Translations under genes and position numbers: made by a program
Part shown: piece after piece, positions 39,395-53,049 of the stretch
How positions within the stretch are numbered: position 1 is the first letter of the stretch
Layout: each line of letters starts with the position of its first letter
Notes under the pieces: model-generated
The model's database searches: none
What the model saw: only the letters and a program-made list of their open reading frames with translations
What the model was told of the DNA's origin: nothing
NCBI GenBank assembly: GCA_043228905.1
Contig: JBHGNT010000018.1
Span: 14,942,001-15,006,000, forward strand
Direction of reading: 5' to 3'
DNA: 64,000 bases
Source of the DNA: Azolla caroliniana
Lineage: Eukaryota; Plantae; Polypodiophyta

Positions 39395-42300
39395 TCACAT
39401 AGTTACTGCAAAGAAAAAGAGCAAAAGAATAATGTCACTAGGATATTATTTAAAAAAAGGACTCGTTCAAATGATTAGAAAGACGTTATTACATGGAGCA
39501 TTAACAAAAATCACAAATGCAGTTGAAAGAAAATAGGCATTGTTATGAATTGAAACATTAAAACAATGGCACAATGGCATGTAAAATCAATTTTAAAAAC
39601 AACTTAATGTAAATCACTGAGAAAAACAAGACGTAACTGAATATTTAGTGGAAAGAAGATCAGTTTGCAATAAAAAAGTTACACCCAAAAATACAACAAT
39701 GAAAGTAAGCATAACGCTATCAGCTAAGCCCTTACCAGACGATGATGGTCCTCGATGGCATTCATTAAGCATGTCAAGATAAAACTGGCATTTCCCAATG
39801 TCACTCCCATAAGCATTGAGACACTGGCAAATGGCAAGGAATGTCAATATTCATTTAAAATAACCAAAAGATAGAAAATGCATCATATACAACAAAATAT
39901 GACAAACAAAATGGAAAAACATAGAAAATTACATCTTCGAAAGACTTGGCTTGGTTGACACAAGCATTTGTTCCACTAACAGTGGTCAAATGAGGGGAGT
40001 CAATGGGTGCCATTGCTTGACCATCTGAAGTCACATGCTCATGAGTGACAGTTCGAGGACCCAGCAACCCTTCCACAGCTCTGTGTGCCATTGCACTTCC
40101 AGTCCCAAATGCCATTCCTTAATGAAGTAAGAAAATAATTTGTTTTTAGGACAAATCACTTTTTCTTTTAACATCAGGCAAAAAAGATACAAACAGAAGT
40201 GTATTACATATATCCATATTTTTGTGCATTATTTTGTGGTACATATATAAGAGATGTTCCAATATGTTTTAAATGATGTTTTCCCCAGTTGGATAAGTTT
40301 TGGCTTAATGTTTTTTTTCTTCTGAGTCATCTTTGGATGCCTGTTGTACACATGACTAGTAGATAGGTAGGTGGATGAATGAATTTGAAGCCACGGATAT
40401 AAGAGAATCACAGACGATTGAATTACATTTAATTTTGCCTTTTTGGATAAGGTTTCATTCCTTGTCTTTGTGTGGACTTTTCTAGAAGGAGATAATGAAA
40501 CAGGATTTTTGTTCTATTTACACCGTAAAGTGACATTATGAAGTTGTTTCGGGGATATAGAAGAACTTTTATACCAGACTTTTAACAATCCTGGTGAATT
40601 TTGCTTGTGCCATGAATTAGGGGTCTCAGAAGGTGCCTATGTTTCCGAACTTCACAAATCCTAATGGGTGTATTGGGAGTTTAATGTGCACTGCTTAGTC
40701 TTGCCGTGTGGCATGCATCCTGAGACCATTTTCAGATTAACAAAGGATCTGAGCTAAAATTAGACAAGCAGAATGGATAGATGGGCTCCAAATTTGAAAC
40801 ACCACTGATTTAGCAGAAAACGAAGATAATGCTAAGAAAAGAGACCCTTCAACAATATAAAGGGAAAAAAGAGAAAATAGAGAGTGAGGAATTTCAAGAT
40901 GGCAAAGAAAAGAATAAAAACCTAATATTGAGAATGAGAGTGTGGGGGTTATATGAAGAATTGAACTCCTCAACAGAGGGGAGTGCTTTCAAATCAAAAT
41001 ATAATATATATCACCCAATACTTCCTATCTACTCTCCATATTTGGATCTTGATTTCTGTTCACTTCTATTGAGTGAGTGACATTGTTTAGGACAATCCGA
41101 TCATCTATTGGGAAATACACAAAAATTGCAACTAATTTTCTGATCAATCATCTAGATACCCCTTGGCTTCTCAAAAATTACCAGAACATTCCTCAGTTTC
41201 CAAAACACCATAAATGCTGCTCAATTACATACCCCAGCATACCGTCTCCAGACTTTCAGCACTAAACAGAGGGTATTCTTGTAATCCTTGAAGACTAAGG
41301 GGTACTATGGCAAATATCCAATATATTACATTGTCTGAAGCAGCAACAAAGCTACCGAGAGAAGGTGAACTTACCTTGAGCGATGGTGGCACCAAGCCCA
41401 CCTAACATAGATCCACCTGCATTTCCATTGACTGGAACCGGTGAGGGAGCCTGTTGTTGCACTGGAGAACAAAAAAAAAAAAAAAACAACATTAAAAAAA
41501 AGTTGATTTGATCTCCACCAAAATGTTTATCCAAAATATAGATGGCATTGATGAGAGAGAATGAACAAACCAGGCTTTGGTGGTGGTGAAGACTGCACAG
41601 GACGAGGTGCTGGACGAAAGGATGACCGCCCTGGAAAATCCATAAACAATGTATGTATACATTCAAAAATATGTACAAATAATGTTCTTGAAATATTATT
41701 CTGCAGCAATAACAAGTATATATGCAAAAGATCAATAAGAATGTTAAGTAATTTGGATGAAGTATTTATACTGTAATTATCAACGATATGTCCTAAACAC
41801 CTTGATTCACATGCAAAACCTGATTTTCCATAAATGCATCTTAAGAGCACACTAAGTGATTTATGTGCCCATACGCTATCATTTATCAGACTTTTGTATG
41901 TAAATAATAGTGATAATCCACCTCACAAGCACATTCCACCTTGGTTTTATCTCTTATTTTTTCCCGTAAACACTTCAGAAAGAGTCCCAACAATTTTAGA
42001 TAATTATGACAAACCGAGCATTTGTTTTCTGTTCTTGTAAACTGAATATCTGACTTTCTTCAAGAAACTCCCTAAATTATTCATACATTCATATACATAT
42101 TTATAAAATGACTTGTATTTCTGCTTTTTAATTTCTGAAAATCAAACACAGACTAAAACCAGAGAAACCGAGGAACAGATCTTGTGACAAACTTATAGAA
42201 TTCACAAAAGGTATTAGTTTTTAACAATAGTTTCAAAAGACTTTGTGGGGCCTGAATTTTTTAGAATGATTAGTAGTAATATCACGTAAATTTTAATGAT

Positions 42301-42578
42301 CGGGAAAACATCTTGATTGTATGAGGCATGTCATAATAGAATAAATTTTTGAAATCATTGAGCAGATATGCAAACAAAGGGAATGGAAATATTACATTGA
42401 CTGCAAATAAATAAACCACTGCTTTGATGTTTAAAAAAAAAAAAAAAAAACTAATAATAATAAAGGACAGCCTTGAAGTAAACAAAAAGAACAAAAAAGC
42501 CAGTGAAACTAGTAAAAGTAAAAATAAAAATAAGCGCTAAATATGTAGACAAAAGAAATTATTGCATTGAGCAGAAAG

Positions 42579-42614
<36 letters not shown>

Positions 42615-42840
42615 AAAAAAGGGTTTGCAAACTGACTGACAGATCGCGCAATCGAAGAAATAAACCGAAAAAAAAAAAAAAAAAAACACTAAATACAATC
42701 GGTGCAAACTGATTAGGAACGAAACCGAGGGCAACAGAGTTCAAACACAATGCTGAGAAAGGAGAAAGAAATTTAAAACAAGGCAAAGGCAAGGAGGCCG
42801 GCCTACCTCCACTGGAGCCACCACTGTTGCGGCGAGGCAT
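39395..42840 (-). CDS. Twin-CX9C CHCH protein, CHCHD2/CHCHD10 (Mix17)-like, 6 exons, ~154 aa
   Basis: Exons 42840-42807, 41630-41571, 41461-41375, 40117-39933, 39823-39736, 39405-39395 (465 nt). MPRRNSGG..LGATIAQGMAFGTGSAMAHRAVEGLLGPR..CVNQAKSFEDC..CQFYLDMLNEC. The last 11-nt exon is less certain. Confidence 0.92.
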
Positions 42841-43081
42841 GGCTTCGGAACGACGCAGAGACGGAGGAGATTTGCGTCTGAGTATGTAAGTATGTCTCAG
42901 GACTCTCTCTCTCTCTCTCATTGATTTTTATTCATACAAAATGGGCTCCCATATCCTCTCAATTTACAAAATTAGCCCCTTCCCTCCTTCCTTCTTCTGC
43001 AAGAAAAGAAACCATCATCCATTCATCCATCCAGAAAACACGATGGATTTATATATATATATATATATATTACCGACCACT

Positions 43082-43488
43082 AACCATCGCCAACGGTTCG
43101 GTTCGAGTGTGTCAAAATCAAACCGGCAAAAAAATCGAACCACGAAACCATTTAAACCAAACCTGTTTAACCGAACCGTGTTACAAGAAATCCTAAACCG
43201 TTTCAACCTTTACAAATTGCGGTTTCGTGGTTCGGTTTCGGTTTTCAATGTTAGCTCAAATTTCAAATTATCAATTCAAAATTTTTACAATTTTCCATTA
43301 TTTCGAAATTTTAATTTTTTCAAAATTTTAAAGAGTTTTTCTAAAATGTGAGAATTAGACTTAGAAATGAAAAGGTTGTTCAAAAAAATATTTTAAAAAA
43401 TAAATCAAATAGCAACCTAAACCATCAAGCCGTTAAGTTGTGGTTTTTGCGATTCTGTTTGAACCGAACCGAACCGTTATCAATTCCC
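43082..43488. mobile_element. MITE-like element with AACCG subterminal arrays (hAT-derived type)
   Basis: Inverted repeat AACGGTTCGGTTCG (~43091) / CGAACCGAACCGTT (~43478); many AACCG/CGGTT motifs around an AT-rich core; no TSD resolved. Confidence 0.65.
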
Positions 43489-45384
43489 CATGTGTTCACC
43501 CAAATCATCGCTTAGCAATTATGAAATTCTAGTGCCACCTACTTCCTCATGACTACCCCATGACATCATGCCCGCACGGATGTTGCTTGCCTCGTGCTGC
43601 CAATTGCTTTCATTGGCTTCCCACCAGGGTTTACCATGGAATCATATCTGCCTCAGATTAGAATCACCCTTTTGTTCATTCTTGATTGGCCGACACACTT
43701 GATTTTGCTTGCTTGCATGAGAGGTATATCCTCATTGCCGCAGTTTAGAAGCTACTAATATGTATGTGCAACAACATGCTCTGGAATCATCCTTTGCACA
43801 AAATCTCGGCTTGATGTAGTAAGCATCCAACATCCCTTGTAGTTTTGGTTGATGCACTTATGTACCATAAGTCCCTAGTGTACGTGACTTTGGTACTAAC
43901 ATTAGTGCAAACATATGAGCAAGGCACATTCTACCATTGTACAAACTTCCAATACAATAATTTATCATGCACTGTAAATGTTCCCCAATGACTATCATCC
44001 ATTTCAATCCCTTCCCTTCCTCTCTCTGTATATTCTGTATCCTCCTTCCATAGAAATCACCGTTAAAAGAACTCAAGGATTCTGTTTTAAAGTACACTCG
44101 GATGTGCTTTGAAGAAAATATTGCACAATGAATTGTCCTAAAAATTATAAGAAAGAAAACAGAACTTCAAACAAAATAATGTTAACACTGTGCAAGACGA
44201 ATCGTTCTTCCATTGAATAATTGTACTAATAATACAAAGAATAAATTTGAATACATGTGGATGTACATGAAGAAAAGTGTTGGACACACTAAATTATCTT
44301 CATGGTCTCTGCATTTGAGAAGCATAAAATTATCTAGAAACAAAATCATTTTGAAACTTAGCAAGATGTAGCATCGTTACTTAGGATCACTTTACAAATT
44401 CAAAGGATTATTTACAATAAATGTAGGTGTCTATGAAAACATCAAACTTATTTTTGACCTTTTTTCGTTTGCAGGTTTCATGTAGACGAACTATCATTTG
44501 TACATGACTATCTTTGGTTGTGTAAAGGCCAGACAATTGACAATATAACTCATGAGATTTTGGAAGAGTCAACATAGTGAGTGAAGGCAAACTCGATTCA
44601 AGTTGAGAAGTTTACAAATATTATTGGGAAGATAAAAAATAAAGGACTTAAGGTGATGGTCTGCGATATATATGTTTATTTTGAGTTTATGAAAAACATA
44701 TTTATATATATTTGTTTTGTTTCAATCATAAGAAACAAATTGAGCAATATCGATGTTGCATATACATACTCCTTGACATAATCTTAAAAAGACAACATCA
44801 ATGGACATGGATCCAGTTGGATTCACAATTGTAAACTTGTATGTAAGTGGTCTGTTTCACACTATTCTCTCACATTGTCAATAGGCATATTCTGTATTGC
44901 ATAATACTCACCATGTGAAATAGCTTATTATATTATGGCATGTTGTAATATGTAGATGTTAATAACTATGAGATTACCAATTACATTTTCATCACACCTA
45001 ATTTTTGTGACCATAATCTCAAAGCTATGAACACTCTCATGTTTGAAATTACTGAAGAATATATTCATATTAAACTTGAAATTGTATATTCTTTTAATCA
45101 AACATTTTCCAACAATATAGTTACCGTAGGTGCCCTGATACAAAACCATAATATGGAATAAGCTTGAAGTATGATGGGTTTTATTATAAATGCTCATATG
45201 CATGAGCTAGTTTTAAAATTGTGAAATTCTAAAGATTAGAATCAAAGCGCATCATTTTGGGTTTAGGCTTTAGGGTTTATGTTATGTTTTCTTTTTTTTA
45301 CCATAAAACATATGCTCCATTGGTATTAATAAAAAGCCCGAAGGCAGTATACAAATAGTACATAATATTGTTTCATCTCCACCA

Positions 45385-45660
45385 GTATATCTGAACTGAT
45401 TCTAGCATTTGTGAAAACTGTTGGGAAAAAACAGCCATAAAACACAACATTGATTCCAGTGATCTGCTGCAGAAAACAAAATTTCGGGCTCTTAGAACAG
45501 AACTCCATAGAAAACTTATATTTCACATGATATTCCATGTCCTCTGTCTTTCCAATCATATGTGTCAGGTGTGGAGCTGTAAGAAGATTCACCATCCCAA
45601 CAGAAACAATTGCAAACAGATCTGAACTGATTCCAGCATTTGTAAAAACTGTTGGGGAGA
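45385..45660 (-). pseudogene. Two fragments of an MFS sugar-porter (plastidic glucose transporter-like) gene
   Basis: FLQQITGINVVFY..PTVFTNARISSD and PTVFTNAGISSDLFAIVSVGMVNL (sugar-porter QQxxGIN motif). Confidence 0.65.
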
Positions 45661-46619
45661 AAAAAAACAGACCATGAAAATGAAATGTACTATACTAATC
45701 TCCACCTCTCACCCCATTTGCTTCGATCCCCACAACTTATTCACTCTCCCTTCATGATGTGCTTCGGCCCCCTCACCATCATCACTCCTAAAAACAACCA
45801 AATTGCTTCATTCAATCCACCTCCACCATCTCGCCGAATGCCACCACTGTCCTGTGGAATTAACAACAAAATAAGTAAAAAATTCCTCATCCCCTCATGA
45901 GCTGCTTCGATCCCCCCCACCATCATCACTCCTAAAACAGACAATGTTATGTTATGTTTTTTTTTGTTTCGAGAGAGTTGTATATACGATGTAGGTCTGC
46001 AAATTCAAGTTGCTATATAATAGATCAATATTTAAAAAGATAATTTGAGAACTGTGGATGTTTATTTGTGTCTTGCATGATTTAAAATAGTCATATTGGT
46101 CTCAATTGTGAATGCTTTATTATATATGAGGCAGAGATGCAAGACCATTTTTGAGTTAAAGATCATAATGTAATACTTGTAACATATGCACTCTATTATG
46201 ATTTCTGTAAATTCATGTCCTAGGCATTAGTTTTTTCTTGGTCAATGAAATTCAAAAATTGGTCACATGCAAATTCTTGAGTCATTGCATATGGTTTTTA
46301 GTCTAGTCTTCATGGGCTGCCTTTTGTTTTTTTCGTAATGTTTTTAAGTCATCAATTGTGCAGATCAATGTCTCTTGCCTACTATAAGCCTAATAATTCG
46401 ACTTCACCTTCTTTCTCAAAATCCTGAACTTTTTTGGATATAAATCATGACTTCACTTGAATAAGTAATTTGTCTTTTGCAAATCTCTCCATGCCATGTT
46501 TGCAGATTCATATATACAACACATCTGACACCTCTCTAGATGGAAGATCAACAATAGTTTAGACCTCTTTAGGATCAATGAAAGTGAGATTAACTCTTGT
46601 AGTTAATAAAAATTGTTGA

Positions 46620-48810
46620 TAAATCCTTTGATGGTTGGACACAGGACAAGAGAGATGGAAACGAGAGAATAAAGCATGGCTGAGAAAACGACAAAGGCCC
46701 AAGCAGCTACGACAGTGGGAGGATCCCGTGAATCGCTTCCCGATTTTCAACTTGTTGCGGGGCTGATGGTCGAGCTTCAGCTATTAGAGCAAGAATAAGT
46801 ACAAATGAGACAAGAGATCCACCGATTGCAACAAATTTCTCTAACTATACAAGTTTTAGGTCTCCGGCCAAATCGTCAAGAGTTGAGGCACTTGCTATAG
46901 GCTCGATTGCAAGCTGAAATTGGTTGTATTGAAGATGTGCAATTTCTTGGAAGAGGCTATTATCATGTCGAGTTTCAAGATGAGGCATCTGTCCAGGTAT
47001 TACTTGCTATGAAATTTGTTGATATACGAGGAGCATGGGTTAAATTTCAGGAATGGAAACATGGTTTTGATCCTATGGGAGAGACCCAACATGATTTTTT
47101 TGTTCTAACTACAAGTTTTTCGGGATTGCCTATGGAATGTCATCATCTGTTGCATCAATTAGGGGGTTTAATTGGAGTTGTATTAGATGCCTATATACAT
47201 AACAAAGACGGGCAAATATTTGGATTCATACCAATAGTTAAATTATTATGTACTAGAGGAAAACCGTTGCTAGAATATGTGAAATTACCTTGTTTGGAGA
47301 ATGGGGGATGTGGAAAGAGACAAAAACATTTATATGATGGGTTACAAAATCAACATTTTTTATGTAAAAGAATGGGACATTTAGCTAAGGAATGTTCCTT
47401 GTCAAGGAAAGGTCTGATACATGTTGTAAATGATGAGCCGCAAACAAGTGTTGGCGGATCTTGGGTTCAAGTTGCCAAAAGACACATAATAATAATAAAA
47501 GTCATGATAAATCCAAATGGCAACCTAAGGATAATATATACAATTTGTTAACCAATGTAGAAGATGGACAAACTCAAATGATTGAAGATTTGGGAAATAT
47601 GGAAGCACCTAGCAATAGGCGTCCTGGCAAGGAGATTGTGGATGGAATACAATCAAGACCAAATGATCCTAAACTTGACATTCAAGTATATAATATTTAA
47701 GAACATCAGGAAGGATGTAGTCGTGAAATGGTTTTATATGCTGAGAATGTTATCATTCTGATTAATGTATCGGAAACAATTAATGGACAAGAGATTGTAG
47801 GGGAACTACAAACTAAAAATCTGGTAGTTGACATTGGACCCTTGCCTTCTTTTGAAGGGAGGTGGACAAGATCCATGTCCAAGCATTTGCCGAAGGATCA
47901 TAATCCTTTCATGAAGGATGCTAATGATTGGAGAACTTCCACGAAATCCTTAGTTGAACATTTTCAAGGAAGTGATAGTAAGATTTCCACTCAGAGAGTA
48001 CATAAGCAGACTTAGAATGCATTTAGTAAAGATCACATCTCTTTTAGAAGAATGATTAAGTCTCAAGATATGTCTCAAGAAGACAGGAATTGATGTTTGA
48101 AAGAAAAAATATTACTTTCTAAATTTGTGTAAATATGAAGATTATTTCTTGGAATGTTCAGGGTCTTGGGGGATCCTTATGTAAACAATATAAACGGAGA
48201 TTTCGGCAAGAGTTGCATAAATGTATAATTGGGCAAGTGGACATAGTGATGTTACAAGAACATTATCTAAATGAAAGGCGTACTAAAGTATATGGTTCAT
48301 TACTACCTGGAAATTGGGAAATGTTGTGGGTTCAACATATGGATCAACACAACTTTAAGGTGGATTATGTATGGCTATCCGTGATATATGGAAAGTAAAG
48401 ATGTTGGATGTAGGAAATTTGTTGTTAGGAAGAGCACAACATGCTATCATGAAATTTCATAATAAAAAGGTTGGCTTTCTGAATTTGTATGCTCCTAATT
48501 CTTCTAGAGAACAATTAAACATGTGGATTGAATTGGATAGTTCATTGCCAACTGTAGATCATTGGAGTATAGCAAGAAACTTTAATATGATTGAGGATCC
48601 TGAGGATAGGAGTGGTGAAGGTGGAGCAACAGTGCATGGTTTAGAATTATCTGCATGGGAAAAATTTACTATAGGTAGAAGCTTGTTGGATGTTTGGCAT
48701 TTACCATCCTTTGGAAAATTGCATAATTTTTTAATGTTTTCTAGGTATGATAGAAGATTAAATGGGGCAAATCTGTCAAGAATTGATAGGATTTATGTTG
48801 ATGATTTATT
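46620..48810 (+). mobile_element. Decayed L1-clade LINE: ORF1 and ORF2 endonuclease, cut by the assembly gap
   Basis: ORF1 FLGRGYYHVEF and C..GH..EC knuckle; ORF2 MKIISWNVQGLG, LQE, NLYAPN, FNMIE, SRIDRIYV. Confidence 0.88.
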
Positions 48811-48910
48811 NNNNNNNNNNNNNNNNNNNNNNNNNNNNNNNNNNNNNNNNNNNNNNNNNNNNNNNNNNNNNNNNNNNNNNNNNNNNNNNNNNNNNNNNNN
48901 NNNNNNNNNN
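48811..48910. other. Assembly gap (100 N)
   Basis: N run of placeholder length. Confidence 0.99.
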
Positions 48911-49238
48911 CCGATCGAAGAGGGACGAGATGCAACAACGCACCACCAACAAAAGAAATGAAGCTTAGAAGGGAGACAAAACCGAGGCAAATGGTGATCG
49001 AGGAAGAAGAGACCTCCCAACAAATGCGGGTTAATGAAGTGGCCGATACAAAGGCTCTCGTTCGGTATGACGGTACCGAGAGAGAAGGTGTGAAACAAGT
49101 CACCTTCTTGTCTTACAAAGAAACGACGGCGAAGGAGGAGGCCGATGACTCGAGGACGGCGAACGCCACTTCGAGGGAGGATAAATGTTTTGGAACACGC
49201 ATTGTGTACGAAACATCGGGTGATGACGGCGCAAGCAT
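48911..49238 (+). mobile_element. Fragment of a second, oppositely oriented copy of the Trp-primed element
   Basis: Reverse-complement match to ~50279-50606 with roughly 11 substitutions. Confidence 0.88.
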
Positions 49239-51940
49239 ATCCGGCGCTCACACCTTCTTCCCCGATCGGTTGTATTAGATCTACCGAACGATGTCGTCGA
49301 TACGACCGCTCTTCCTTTGTCCACCGCGCGTGTCCTTCGATTGGACTCCTGGCCACTCCTCACGCTCACCGTCTTCAACTGGGTATTGTAGATCGTTCGT
49401 GTCGATCTCCGATTAGGCCGGGTTTGCCCTTGTCCGGATAGGTCTCAACCGATCGCTTCTTGGCTTGGTTGGCCTTCGTCTGCATTCACATTTCCCCGAG
49501 TCGGGCTCGACCGATTGATTCTGGCTGGGTCGGCCCCCTTTTGGATCGGAATCGTCCGATCGATTTTCGCTGAATCAGGTTTCGGCCGGATCGACCCCGG
49601 TCGATCGGCTCCCATGTGGATCTTCCTTCGTTGGGGCCGGAATCTCGGCTGGATCGTCTTCCGGTTTGACTGGTTCTCGACTCTTCCTTCCTTCCCGCAT
49701 GCAACCTCTCCATCGAACTCAACCGCAGCTTCATCCTTGGCCTCCACGTCGGGCATATCCTTCCCTCCATGTATGCTCGCCGCGAGCCATATTGTCTCCT
49801 CTTCGCCACCTCCTTTATCTTCGGTCTTATGCCGACACACGGTCTCGACTGCCGAAGTCTCCGGAACCGGTGTGAAGGAATCCCTTCGCTCATGCACATT
49901 TACCTTGTCTTCTTCATCGCCCTTCCGGTCGTCCTCTTTTTTGTGCACACATTCCGTCTCTCCGGTCTCACGTTGGCGCACGTGCACAACCGCCGAAGTC
50001 TCTAGAATAGGTGTGGGGATATCCTTTCTTCCTCGATCTTCTTCCTCCTTGTGTTGGGCCTTCGTCTTCCCGTCACCACCTTCCGTCTCTCCGGTCTCAC
50101 GTTGGCACATGGGCGCAACCGCCGAAGACTCTGGAACAAGCGTGAAGAAAGTGTCGACATGGCTATCCGTCGTCGACTCATCCATAGCCACCTCCGACTC
50201 GATGTCGTTTGTCATGGCTACCTCCTCAATCTCTTCAGACTCAAACACTTTTTCTCCCTCGATCATGCAAGCTTTTCTCATGCTTGCGCCGTCATCACCC
50301 GATATTTCGTACACAATGCGTGTTCCGAAACATTTATCCTCCCTCGAAGCGGCGTTCACCGTCCTCGAGTCATCGGCCTCCTCCTTCACCGTCGTTTCTT
50401 TGTAAGACAAGAAGGTGACTTGTTTCACACCTTCTCTCTCGGTACCGTCATACCGAACCAGAGCCTTTGTATCGGCCACTTCATTAACCCGCATTTGTTG
50501 GGAGGTCTCTTCTTCCTCGATCACCATTCGCCTCGGTTTTTTCTCCCTTTTAAGCTTCATTTCTTTTGTTGGTGGCGCGTTGTTGCATCTCGTCCCTCTT
50601 CGATCGTCCCTCATGGGCCGTCTTGTTGTCGTCGATATTCTCGCTTGCCCATTATCGTGTAGTCGGCATACACTTTCCACTTTGCTCCAATCCTCGATGA
50701 GGCCATTTGCACCATCATCTTCTTCGAGTTTGAGGCCGATCGCCATCCTTTCCATTCGATCGATTGACTTCACGAACATAAGGACCTTATCGACCCCCAC
50801 CAATCTTTGTTCCCGCTCCGACAATTGAGAAAAATGATGCTCGAAGTCTACGAATGCTTGTGTCGCACCTTGGTGGGTCTTCGCTGATGTCACCCATTGG
50901 TCGAAGTTGCGTCGATCTTGTCCCTTTAGTCTCTCATAGTCATAGTCTTCCAATAGAGCCTTCTCGAAAGTCGCCCACGAATCATGAGCTTCTAGAAGCT
51001 CTTTTACATCTTTGAAGATCGGTTGAGACACCACCCGACAAAAGTACTCTAGCCTCATAGCTTTGTCCACACCTCTTCAATCCATCTCCGCATTGTAGAC
51101 TTTTAGGAAACTTTGGACTTCGGCACCGTTGAAATAGCTCATTCGTTCGACTACCTTGTCGACGGCTTGTTGGGCTTCATTTCTTCTTTTCCCTTCTCTT
51201 AGAAACTCCATCATCCTTTTTGACATTGCCTCCATGAGATATTCGCCATCCATCTTTCTCCTCCCCTGCTGCTCTTCACGTCGGGTTCACCAAATGATGT
51301 CGCGAAGATTCGCGCGTGCGTGTGCTACTCGAGCGACCACCGGGGTCTTGGACTGGGGAGGATGTTCGCAGAATTCTCGAAGAGATGACGATCAATGTAA
51401 GATTAGACGAAATTTGTTCACTTGAGAAGAAGAAAGATTGTACACTTGAGAAGTAGAAAAACATGAAGAAGATAAAGAAAAATATAATTATATTGATGAT
51501 AGTGGTGTTGGTGATATCACATATTGAGCCCCCCTTACACAAGCCCAACTAGAGGCTTTTATAGGTCTTTCCATGCTCGTGACATGCACATAACCATGGG
51601 CTAAAACCATGGTTTTGTGCACACGGTTTTGCTTATGTCATGCACAAACCATGGGTTTAAAACCATGGTTTTGTGCACATGGTTTTCTATGGTTGTTTCG
51701 TCTATAATTTGTATATGAAAAAGGAAATACATAAAATCTACACTATATGATAGTTGTCCTAGTGGTAAGGCAATTATCTTGTATCTTAGAGGTGCAAGGT
51801 TCAATCCTTGCTTGCACCCCTCTATATGAACTCAAGTGCCACTAGGCTAGGTTTATTTGCTAAATGCATGCGCAATGTTGCACATCCTTGGTTTATTCGT
51901 CTCACTCGGTTTCACACCGTAGCCGAAAATCGTCACGACA
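49239..51940 (-). mobile_element. tRNA-Trp-primed LTR element: 5' LTR (51298-51940), PBS and gag-like ORF; 3' end lost
   Basis: LTR TGTCGTGA..TCGCGACA; PBS TGGTGAACCCGACGTGAA (51275-51292) matching the recalled plant tRNA-Trp 3' end; inserted in the gag at 51941. Confidence 0.85.
49445..51253 (-). pseudogene. Gag-like ORF (~602 codons, one internal TGA) with an acidic repeat tail
   Basis: MDGEYLME..FNGAEVQSFLKVYNAEMD*RGVDKAMRLEYF..WATFEKALLEDY, in frame with the 541-aa ORF. Confidence 0.75.
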
Positions 51941-53008
51941 ACGTGTGGTGTCAATTTCCATCAGAGTTGGAGTAGTTACTGGAGGCACATTATATGACTC
52001 CCTCGGAAAAGGTTTCGCTACCACTGAGGCGTAGGTAGGCTCTGATCTTGCCCTCGGAATCTGGAATTGTCGTTCCGAACGTCGTTCGAAGAGGCGGTTG
52101 TCGCATCTCACCACACGACTAATTACTTCTGTTAATGACTTTCGCTCTTCGGGGAAGGTCAAGAGTAAATCCTTGACATCGTTGCGTAAGCTATAACAGA
52201 ATTGCTCCATCAATGCGTGATCATCCCAAGGGATATTGGCAGCGAGTAGATGGAAATCTGCAGCGTATGCGGAGGCTGGACGATCACCTTGGCGTAATCG
52301 CTGGATTTTGTTGATTACAGTCCTTATGCTATCAGTATCTCCAAAACAGGCCTTAAACTCAATTATAAATTCTTCAAAACTGTTTAGTAATGGAGATTCC
52401 TTTTCCAACAATGGAGCAAACCATGCTAACGCTGAGCCACTAAGGAGAGTGCCTACTAGTCCCACTCGTGATGCATCGGTGGGATATCGAGAAGGATGCA
52501 TTTGTATCACTAAACGTACTTGATTCAAAAAACCTCTAAACTCTGATCGGGTCCCATCAAATTTTGCAGGAAGACCGATCTTGGGTTCTTTGTGAATCCC
52601 TTGAGTGCTTGATCCTTGTTGTTGTAATGATATGATAGTCGCTTCGAGTTGTTGTACACGTAACGTCAGCTCCCCATGTTGTTGTTTTTCCAGCACTATT
52701 TGTTGAAGATCCCCCAACAAACAATGCTTTTCTTATTCTAGTGCTACAAATTTCTCTTTTAAGCACTAGAGCTCCGAGAAAACAGATTGGTATTCCTGAG
52801 CGCTAACAGTTTCCATTTTACTAGTGAGGATAAGAGGATTAATAAGAAGATAAAAGGAAGAGGAGGAAAGGAAGATACGGAAGGAAGATCGACCAAAATT
52901 GGTTCAAATTGTCAAGAACAGTACTAAGACAAAGAAAGAATTAGTACTAAAAGAAGTATTAGTACTAAGAGAGGTGAAGAACTCTCGAGAGAAGGAAAGA
53001 TTGAGTGA

Positions 53009-53049
<41 letters not shown>

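Noticed and set aside
49239-49263. PPT plus 3' LTR start (GGGAAGAAGG-TGTGAG on the minus strand)
   Set aside because: The following sequence does not match the 5' LTR start TGTCGTGA.
48741-49356. ORFs spanning the N run
   Set aside because: They join unrelated L1 and LTR-element sequence across an assembly gap.
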